Assembly: GCF_026571515.1 (NCBI RefSeq)
Contig: NW_026858762.1
Location: 124,001 to 184,542 of the forward strand
Origin: Ruditapes philippinarum
Lineage: Eukaryota
Length of the DNA stretch: 60,542 nt
Direction: 5' to 3'
In this document: positions 51,191 through 60,542 of the stretch, piece after piece
Position numbering within the stretch: the stretch's first letter is position 1
Layout of the letters: each line of letters starts with the position of its first letter
Notes under the pieces: model-generated
Told to the model about the DNA's origin: nothing
The model's input: the letters and a program-made list of their open reading frames with translations, nothing else
The model's database searches: none
Position numbers and translations under genes: made by a program

Positions 51191-52479
51191 TGACAACATG
51201 CATTACGTCATTAATTCCAAAAACCCCTTTTTTCATTTTCCTCTATCAGGATATATTTTTTTAATTTATTATCCTTTCCCTACACGAACAGAAAGAAAGT
51301 TTTTGTCACACCTGTGCAGTCTGGCCAGGCTTTAGACAGTTAGATAAAAAAAATAATTAATTTTTAAAATTGATATCCCAAAGCTAATACAACAGCAAGA
51401 AATTGAAGTCATCTAATGTGAGCATGAAAGGTGTCTGTGTTTGTTTATCAGTTTTGATAATTTTATGTGTTTAGTACTTCTATGCGTAGTTACAACTGCT
51501 CTCTCCCTCTCTCTCTCTCTCTTAATTTAAAATGTAGTTTGCTTACTTTCCTATGGGATTTCGAAGTAGATGCAGTAATTGTTTATCTCGCAACTCGTTT
51601 AGTTTAGGAATATGACAATGGTAAGAAAAGAAGTAAAGAAACATATGACAAGAGGTAAAGAAAGATGCATGTATAATTTACTTAAACCCTAAGATGGATA
51701 CTAAATTCCGACTATGTTCCGAAGACAATCTAAATCATGCAATTCAATTTTGATATCTATACTTGACGCAAGAAATGTTTAGTTAACTTAAATTTCACTC
51801 AATAAATACACTCTAGTTACAATACGGACACTGATACATCATTTAGGAAAAAAATTCTAATATTTTTTGTTGTATGGATTAGACCAAATATTAAAAAAAA
51901 TTTGGTGAAATTCAACACAATCTATATGAGTATGTTTAAATTTATATGTTTAAAGATCATATTTCCACCCTTAAACCTCTTTTTCAACAAAAAATTTGAC
52001 ACCACACTCAACATATACAGTTCATCTCAGCTGTACCCTTTTAATTCATCAGAATGTTTTTTCTGATCTTTTATTATTGTTCAGCACACATTTTTTTTTG
52101 TTTTGAGTTCGTTTTTAGTTGCATGTTCTAATTTTTCCTTATGGGGCCTGATAATCATCCATCTTTTTCAAAAACCTACCTTTTATATGCAGGTTACACC
52201 TCTGAATCCAGTTCGCTTTCCATTTTATTTTGTTTCGCCTATTGTTTTCCTGTATAAGGTACACACATTCATTTACTTTTTTCGTGATATGTCATTAATG
52301 TGACTCATTAAAGTTTTTGTGATAAGCACCGTATGAACAAATCTGCACACGTTTCTTAATTCAAAATTCAACATTTTATGTTAAAAGTTGGACTCTTCTT
52401 ATAGTTATTATTGCTGCCAAGTTGAATTGAACTATTATTTCCAAAGATTGACTATTATAATGGTAATTGACCAATAATT

Positions 52480-52556
52480 CGTCACCTTAGTTCAGTAACG
52501 GGTTAACTCCTATTTAATTATGTAAGGAGTTAACCTGTTACTGCACTAAGGTGACG
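52480..52556. repeat. Near-perfect 32-bp-arm palindrome
   Basis: cgtcaccttagttcagtaacgggttaactcct / aggagttaacctgttactgcactaaggtgacg, two mismatches. Confidence 0.85.
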
Positions 52557-53526
52557 TATTGATAACGAAAACGTATATGACCATGATACAGTACAAAAAC
52601 TACTTAAATTATAAAAAGGATGCCCAACCCATTTTTTAAGATTGAGCGTTATCGATACATTTTGCGCGATATTTATAGAAAAAAGAAAAATATTCACCAC
52701 AGGCTCGTACATATATATGGAACTAGATGAATGATACATGTTTTGTCCGTTGAATCTAAGTTTTTTGGCAATATTTATCAAGCTGTAATTTTAAACCATT
52801 GTAATGTTTTATTTGGTAAATATTGACTTTAATAATAAACACACCCGTTAACTGGTTGTAAGTATATCCGTTGGTTGTGGGTAGAAAAGTTGTTAGCTTT
52901 GTAACTTTTTTATCCTGCAATCGACTGCTGCTTAATATATCATAGAAAATTATGTCTATAAATAGAAACAAAAAAATATCCTGATAATCCGGTTTAAAAC
53001 TGGCATTTATATAGTAATTTCTACCTGTCCTACTCGGAGTGATAATAGGTGTGTTTATATCTGTGTCAATTAAAACATAACAACGGTTAATTCACAATAA
53101 TCTCGTGGAAAAACTGCATATTTTACTTGTATGCAAATTTTATAACTGTTAACAATAATTATGTTGATGTTTTTACACCCGTTTTGTGTGGGACAGTCCC
53201 GTTAAGCAGGTGCTAGGGGCATGAACGTTAGCTTGCATTTTTCACTACCGATCATGAAGAGGCTCAATAAAGCGTTCAACATTGTCAATAAGTAATAGTT
53301 ACCGTACGAGGAAAAGGTCTGCATAGTATTTACAGACACGGGTGGCGATTTGAAGACCGAGAGAGCGTAGCGATCGAGGTTTTTAAAAGGCCACCGGGTC
53401 TGTAAATACTATGCAGACCTATTCCGAGTGCGGTAACTATCTTACCTACATGCTCTTTTGTTTTTCTATCCGTACATCGGTTTTTAACTCAGTATTTATT
53501 AATATTACTCACAAGAAACATATTAT

Positions 53527-54405
53527 TTGTGTACTTTATCATGTTTAAGACAGCATTCCAAAGCAATTCAAAGATATCAACTGCTACGCTCCTGTAATTC
53601 ATTCGTTACACATCAGGTTGCTAACAAAAGTGACCACTCCCCACCCAGTCCAGTGACAGTAAATACGTCAGATAAGACTATGGAGCCAGCTCATTTGGAA
53701 ATTATGACTTGTTTAAAAAATATTGAAAGCAGATTATCAGCAGTAGAAACACGTCTAAAGTCTTTGGATTCACTAGAAAATAAGGTGGATAAATTTGACC
53801 AGGAAATGAAGAAACTTTGGACATATATTCACGATAATCAAAATAGGACGGATGAGCGATTGCGTAAGGTGGAGGACATGACAGAAAGTGCGAACTTTAA
53901 CCTTGGGCTTATGAACGATAAGGTCGTTACGCTAGAAAAAGAGAGAGAAGGTATTCGGGACGATTTGGCCTACTTGCAGTCGCAATCTATGCGTAATAAC
54001 CTGGTATTTGGCAATATATTTGAGGCCCCGTCAGAGACACCTGCGGAGACTGAGGATATACTTCGGGGATTTATGGAAAAGGAATTGGAGATTGCGAAGG
54101 ATATAGTGGAAAGTTTTCAGTTTGAGAGAGTTCATCGTATGGGAGCAAAGTCAGGGGACATGAAGAGAAATATCGTTGCGAAGTTTACGTTGTTTAAGGA
54201 ACGGGAATTTGTACGGAAACAATGGAAACACCTCCAAGGTACGAACTTTTTTATGCACGAGCAATTTCCGAAGGAAGTTAACGATAAAAGAAGGTTGTTG
54301 CTGCCAAAACTGAAGGAAGCAAAAAGGGCTGGTAAGAGGGCATGGCTGTCCTATGACACGCTATATGTAGACGGGAAGCGGGTAGCGGTAGGTGCAGATT
54401 CCTAG
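53527..54405 (+). CDS. LINE ORF1p (coiled coil plus L1-type RRM/CTD); the first codons probably lie outside the element
   Basis: Heptad region, then SMRNNLVFGNI.E, FERVHRMG, RNIVAKF, EQFPKEV..KR, LYVDG. Confidence 0.85.
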   Translation: MCTLSCLRQHSKAIQRYQLLRSCNSFVTHQVANKSDHSPPSPVTVNTSDKTMEPAHLEIMTCLKNIESRLSAVETRLKSLDSLENKVDKFDQEMKKLWTYIHDNQNRTDERLRKVEDMTESANFNLGLMNDKVVTLEKEREGIRDDLAYLQSQSMRNNLVFGNIFEAPSETPAETEDILRGFMEKELEIAKDIVESFQFERVHRMGAKSGDMKRNIVAKFTLFKEREFVRKQWKHLQGTNFFMHEQFPKEVNDKRRLLLPKLKEAKRAGKRAWLSYDTLYVDGKRVAVGADS

Positions 54406-57400
54406 GGATTCGACGAAGGTGAGCTTAAGCTAATTTCATGGAACATTAATGGGCTTACGAGTGTAAAGAAGCAGTCACCAGACTTTGTTAATTTAGTTTC
54501 AGGCAATGACATTGTATTTTTATACGAGTCGTGGACAAACAAGGATAGTGATGTGGAACTTTCAGGCTACACTGCACATAACTTTTATAGAAAATGTCAA
54601 AATCGCAATGCAAGACGGTGTAGCGGGGGCGTCGTAGTGTATTACAAGAATCATTTGGCACCGGGAATCGAAATCGTCAGGACTCATTTTGACACTTTAG
54701 TCTGGATAAAACTAGATCATAGATATTTTCATTTTGAAAAAGATGTATATGTTTGTGGAGTTTATATATGGTGTGAAGATTCGCCAATGTATAATATTGC
54801 TAATGTTGATTTATTTGATATTTTACAAAATGATATACACGATTTTGAAGATTTAGGGCATTTATATTTAGCAGGTGATTGGAATAGTAGAGTGGGTAAA
54901 AAAAATGACTTTATAACTTGTGATACTTATATTAGTAATATTGATGATGATGATTATGTTCCCGACACGTACCTATTCCGGGCCTCACATGATAATATAT
55001 GTAACAGTTTTGGAACTAAATTGCTTGATCTTTGTCGGTCTAGCGGTTTCCGTATTTGTAACGGTAGAATTGGCCATGATTTTAACTGTGGTATGTACAC
55101 ATTTGCTAACAAAAACGGTGCGTCCGTGATTGACCTATTGTTGGCGAGAGATAAAGACTTTCCCCTATTGTGTGATTTTTGTATAGACTCATTCAATGAA
55201 TATAGCGATCATGCACCTGTTTTGTTTACATTGAGATGTAATTTTTATGTTGATGTCTCTGAGGTAAAAAATGAGGTCAGGTACAAATGGAAAGAGAATC
55301 TTAAACATACTTTTCGAGCAGGAGTTATATCTAAATTACCTGAGTTAAATCGATTGACACATGATATTAACATCACAAGCAGAGATTCAGTGAACGATAT
55401 TTTGAGCAAATTTACAAATATTGTTAGAGATGTAGCGGACCCATTGTTCTCGAAGTCATGTAATTTTAACAATAAGTCATCGTATTTTACTGATAAACCG
55501 ATAGTTAATCATGCAGAGTGGTTCGATTATGATTGTATACTTGCTAGAAGGATATACCTAGAAGCGTTAAGTGTTTTTAATAGGCTTAAATCTAGTTATA
55601 GTAGAGAACAATTCTGTGTTTTCAAAAAAGATTATAAAGAGTTATGTAATAAAAAACGTAAGTCGGCTGAAAATAAAAAGTTGATAGAAATCGGCAAATT
55701 AAAAAATGCACAGCCTAAACAATTTTGGAAATATTCTAAACGTAATAACAAAAATAAACATAACATTTCTACGGACGATTTCAAACGTTATTTTTCGGAG
55801 TTGGCCAATGATATTACGCAATGCACAAACCCGGAAGCTGAAGAGTTTTGTAGCGGATATGACTTTAATAGTTCAAATGCCGATTTCGATCAATTAAATC
55901 AGCGCATTACTGTTGCAGAAATTTTAGAATGTGTAAAATGTTTAAAAAGAGAAAAGGCTATGGGTAGTGATTATATTATGAATGAATACATTATAGAAAG
56001 CATTGATATTTTATCTTCACATGTTTGTGATATTTTTAATGCCATCTTTAGATTCTGGTTATTTTCCGGAAAAATGGACTGAAGGAGTTATCGTCCCTTT
56101 ACATAAAAAGGGCGACATTAATGACGTGAATAACTACAGAGGTATTACGCTCGTTAGTTGTTTTTCGAAATTATTCACCACTATTTTGAATAAAAGAATT
56201 GTAACATTTTGTGAACAAAATAATACTATATCAGATGCACAATTTGGTTTTAGGAAAGGCCGATCTACGACTAATGCTTTATTTATATTACTTAATGTTG
56301 TACAACAGTATTTAAATGAAAATAAGAGATTATATTGCGTATTTGTTGATATGAAAAAATGTTTTGATACTACAATGTATATACAGAAGTGCACTATGGT
56401 TAAAGCTCTATAATAATGGAATTCAGGGTAAATTGTTAAGAATAGTGAGGGACATGTATCAAAAGGTTAAGTCATGTGTTAGAAATTGTAATAACTATTC
56501 GGAATATTTTGAGTACGCTGTAGGATTGAAACAAGGGGAGATAATGTCACCGATTTTGTTCTCACTTTTCGTAGAAGATTTAGAGCTTTTTTTGCAAGAT
56601 GATGTAGATTCTGGTTTAGTCATTGATGATATTGTATTAATTTTGTTATTATTTGCAGATGATATGGTAATTTTAGGAAAGTCAAAGGAGGAATTGCAGA
56701 AAAATTTAAACCTATTGTATGATTATTGTAGTAAATGGGGATTAGAAGTTAATACTGAAAAAACTAAAATTATGGTATTTAGAAAAAGAGGGGGTTTATT
56801 GTTAAATGAACATTGGACATATAATGGGAAAGAATTAGAGGGTAGTGAACGATTTTAATTATTTAGGAACTGTTTTTCATTATACTGGAAATTTTACGAT
56901 AAATCAGGAATATCTCACTGGAAAGGCTCTTAAGGCATTGAATTTATTAATGATTAATTGTAAAAAGATTAAGTTAAGGCCTAAAGTTTTATGTCAATTA
57001 TTCGATGCATTTGTTGGTTCGATATTAAACTACGCAGCAGAAATTTGGGGTTATACAAAGTCAAAAGTTATTGAACGAATCCATCTGAAATTTTGCAAAC
57101 ATTTATTAAAGGTTAGAAATAGTACTTGTTCTGTTGGTGTGTACGGTGAATTGGGCAGATACCCATTGTATATTAAGCGTTATGTAGCCATGATAAAATA
57201 TTGGTTAAGATTAATAAATAGTGACAATATTATATTAAATCGTGTTTATGTAATGTCATTGGAACATTGTAACAAAGGTTTTAAAAACTGGGTGAGCAAT
57301 GTTAAAGCTCTATTATGTGACTTCGGATTTACATATGTTTGGGACAATCCATGCTCTATTGATAAAAATTTTGTATATATATTTAAGGAGAGAGTGATAG

Positions 57401-58720
57401 ATTGTTTTTTACAAGGATGAAATGTAAATAAGGAAAGTAGCGAAGTGTTAGATTTGTATAAAAACTTTAAAAATGTTTTTGGATACGAAGCATATTTAGA
57501 TATTTTACCTAGTTCATTAAGATGTTACAGCACTAGATTAAGAATTTCAGCGCATGCTCTAAGAATTCAAACTGGAAGGTTTGCCAGAAATAGAATACCT
57601 AGAAACGAAAGATATTGTCAATGTTGCCATTCACTAGATTTAGAAGATGAATACCACTTTGTTATTATATGCCCTATCTATTCAGATTTACGTAAAAAAT
57701 TTATAGCAAAATATTATTATATCAAACCAAGTGTATATAAGTTTTTAGAATTGTTACAAACAGAAAATAAGACTGCTCTTTATAAATTAGGGTTATACTG
57801 TAAAAACGCAATGTCTATAAGAAATTCGATTATTAATATTATCAATTAGTGTAAAATTGTCTTGAAATATTGAACGTGCTCTATTTATTATGTGCCGGTT
57901 AGTGTTTATATGGTTGCTTTGGTCAACCAGACTGTGTTAGTTTGTATATATGTATGTTTATAGTTTGATGTTGTAAATAAGATGTTATTTATTATAAGCT
58001 TAATAGTGTTTATATGGATGTTTCTGGTCAACCGTACAGTTCTAATTTAATAGATGATGAGTTATATTTAGTTATGCAAATATATTATAAGTAAGTCAAA
58101 CATTGTTGAAAAGATAGCAAACTTTATATGGATGTTTCTGGTCAACCGTACAGTTCTAATTAAATAGATTATTAGTTATATGTCTTATGACTGTGCACAG
58201 TTAAGAAATGTATTAAGTAGATTATTTTGTCTTATGACCCAAGTTAGTCGTAAGGCTTTTTTTTAAATTACAAGTTTGCAATCGAAATATTTTTTGGAAT
58301 AGCCAATTGTTAACCTTCCCTTTCGTTTCGTTTAAGGTTAACTGTAGTTTTGGAGTACTATTCCCCTACAAAATAGTATATAGTGTGATACTATAGTTGG
58401 TTATTCACTTGTATCGGATGTTGATTACGTATATATAGATAACTTTATTGCAAGTGGCACAAAAATGTATGTGAAATTCACGCTATCTTTGTCAACATGT
58501 TCGTAACACAATATTAAACTATGTAATATATGTTAAACTGATTATGTCATATCCTATACTGAAGGAAACAAAATAGATTAAACTGTTCACCTTCAAGAAA
58601 TTTGCAGACTATACATTGATTTTGTGATTGTATATATGTATGTATGAATGAATGTATTAATGTAATTGACTATGTACTTTGTATACGTCAAAATAAACTT
58701 TCTGTTCTGTTCTGTTCTGT
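53560..58720 (+). mobile_element. RTE-X-like non-LTR retrotransposon, 5'-truncated, ORF2 disrupted
   Basis: ORF1 plus APE-RT ORF2, ~870-bp 3'UTR, aataaa and (ttctg)n tail at ~58699-58720. The 5' boundary is approximate and the clade call is inference. Confidence 0.9.
54406..57849 (+). pseudogene. LINE ORF2p (AP endonuclease, reverse transcriptase, C-terminal Cys/His motif)
   Basis: LISWNINGL, ESW, SGGV, GDWNSR, SVID, SDH; NYRGITL, QFGFR, GLKQG..MSP, LLFADD; C..C...EDEYHF...CP. Frameshifts near 56045, 56370 and 56845, and an in-frame TGA at 57418-57420. Confidence 0.92.
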
Positions 58721-59178
58721 TATTTGAATATTCTCGTGTTCGTCGTGGGTATTCATTATGTAATAAGGTCAGGTAATGTATTTGTTGAGTTAAGTCGAGA
58801 TTCTGTTTCGTGAAGGCAAAGGTAAGATCATTATTTTGATATATGAGTATATAACATAATAATAATATATAAAAATATTGTAGAAGATTACAGTTTTCTA
58901 ATTTTTATATATACATTGTAATAAATTTCAAAATAGTCGATCAGGCTATTTCTAATATAATTAAAATATACGATTATTTCAAAGGAAAGTAAAAGACAGG
59001 GTTCTATAAATATTTTAGTAATACATGTAAATATACTGTCATGTAAGTTGGATGTAAGTTGGATGTTTTGTTGTTGCTGTTTTTTATGACGGCTGATTTT
59101 AAATATTCATAGAATTTCATTTATGTTTGGAAGAATTTTCTTTCGGTGTATACTTAATTAGCATCATCCCTTATTCAT

Positions 59179-59440
59179 ATGTTTGACGGTAATAGCTTGT
59201 ATAGAAGCATAAGTTATCTACTATTTGAAAAAGAAGATTTTTACCATCGATTTATTCGCGAAGCTATCATTAAGACCATGCTATCAAACAAAGATATCTA
59301 TGACAAAGAGTGTTGTATGTATACAAATTATGAAACTGTTGAAAGCTACATCTGTGAAACGAAAGCAAATACATATGGTAGACAACCGAGAGGCTTTCTT
59401 GCGAAGAACAGTCGAGTACTGGTATTCAAAATCCAAATTG
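59179..59440 (+). pseudogene. Degenerate OTU-like cysteine protease fragment
   Basis: DGNSLYRSISYLLFEKEDFYHRFIREAI matches the OTU DGNCL(F/Y)R..S......E..H..IR pattern, with Ser at the catalytic Cys position. Confidence 0.55.
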
Positions 59441-59916
59441 TAATGAGAAATGAGAAAAAAAAGTTCTTATGCCTAAGATGAACTATACTCTCACTGAAAG
59501 TAATTTTTTGGGAAAGAAAGATGCAGAAGTTGACTTTGATTCGATTTACACCAATCGTCGTATATATCCCATAATGTAGAATTGTTAAAATAATGCAGGA
59601 TTGTGCAAAATAAGACATAGTTGTGGAAATAAATGCCGAAAACTAGTATCTTATGAAGATATATAGTTCGGCAAATGTGTTAGGTATGTCGAAAACCAAA
59701 CTATAAATGAAGGCTAAATGTGCGTTGTTGTACTCATTAATATCGGCGAAACGCAAACTTCAACCCAGTTCGTTTTTCTCACAAAAAAAACTGGAATATA
59801 TGTTATGAGGGTCCTTATAGCCGTATGCGCTAATTTATTTCTATTAATTTGATGAAATGTACTTTAAAATATATATCGTCCCTTTTCCTATCGAAGTGGT
59901 CATTACCCCCTTCCTC

Positions 59917-59961
59917 CACACACACACCCACTCACACACATACACACGCGCGCGCGCACAC
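59917..59961. repeat. (CA)n/(CG)n microsatellite
   Basis: cacacacacacccactcacacacatacacacgcgcgcgcgcacac. Confidence 0.85.
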
Positions 59962-60167
59962 GTACCGGTCTTCCCAACATATAGAGGTATCTTATTCTGT
60001 ACATACGTCCTGAGGTCTACCCTTATAATAAAGGTATTCTACTTCTAAATCCATAGTTCGGCAACAATTTAAATCCTTATTTATGTAATCACTTTTGTTT
60101 AACCGTATCTCAACGTTTTAAATATACGTACATCACATACATACTGAGGCCCTTACCTCGGCCTGTA

Positions 60168-60442
60168 CCACACACAACACACGTGCATGTACATTACCAA
60201 GTGAGGTTAACACACATACAACTAACGCAGTTCCATCACAGAGAGGTTATCTAACGGGTTGTTACCTCAATATGTCACACACAAAACACACGTGCATGAC
60301 ACAGACCTGGTGGGGTATACACACATAACTAACGCCGGTCCATCACAGGGAGGTTATTTAACGGGAAATTACCTCAATATGTCTCACACACACAACACGC
60401 GTGCACGTCAAAGACCTGGTGGGGTATACACACATAACTAAG
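60168..60442. repeat. ~2.3 copies of a ~120-bp tandem repeat
   Basis: The unit cacacaacacacgtgca...acacacataactaacgc..ccatcacag.gaggttat.taacggg...ttacctcaatatgtc is repeated. Confidence 0.8.
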
Positions 60443-60542
60443 GCATGGTGCATATGTGGTCTAGACACGTATCTAATGCAGTTGACAGTTCTATTGTAAA
60501 AGGGGTTTTGTACAGGCACTAGTGCAGTCTTTTGTACCGGAC

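Larger units (their letters stand above)
35225..52400. repeat. Tandem segmental duplication (units ~35225-42580 and ~42896-52400)
   Basis: Collinear homology from ttacgaaataaa...acattaacaagtggttaagatgtctctacatc through the TM-protein gene to gtgataagcaccgtat...ttcttctta. Confidence 0.9.
53295..58828 (+). mobile_element. Non-autonomous hairpin+IR element (family B), split by the LINE insertion
   Basis: Hairpin 53295-53440 with two CGAG/CGAG pairs and an aGAgc-GTA-gcGAt apex. Adjacent atcttacct (53439-53447) matches aggtaagat (58820-58828) beyond the LINE tail. The hairpin is certain; the 9-bp IR is tentative. Confidence 0.6.

Overview
This is AT-rich eukaryotic genomic DNA. The gene and repeat content suggests an invertebrate, probably a bivalve mollusc (inference). 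Host genes: (i) a tandem triplication (~5050-31956) carrying three two-exon C1q-domain genes; (ii) a single-exon gene for a signal peptide/coiled-coil/C-type lectin protein (33244-34398, -); (iii) a second tandem duplication (~35225-52400) carrying two copies of an uncharacterised single-TM protein. The rest is mostly transposon-derived: a 5'-truncated, disrupted RTE-X-like LINE (~53560-58720), several LINE 3' fragments, Helentron/HINE-like elements with internal satellites, and TA-, TTAA- and 9-bp-TSD DNA elements. The most notable item is a 3.27-kb Crypton/DUF3504-type tyrosine-recombinase element (8040-11301), whose boundaries are fixed by two empty paralogous sites. It has a short inverted-repeat (IR) pair plus a long one-ended hairpin. 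That hairpin's 'mismatches' are CGAG/CGAG tandem G.A pairs with a GNA triloop, which can form on one strand only. At least four unrelated non-autonomous families in the window share this architecture and polarity (5'-GA-hairpin-IR-body-IR-3'). This points to a transposition system that recognises folded single-stranded DNA. All alignments and folds were read by eye, so coordinates of degenerate elements are approximate.
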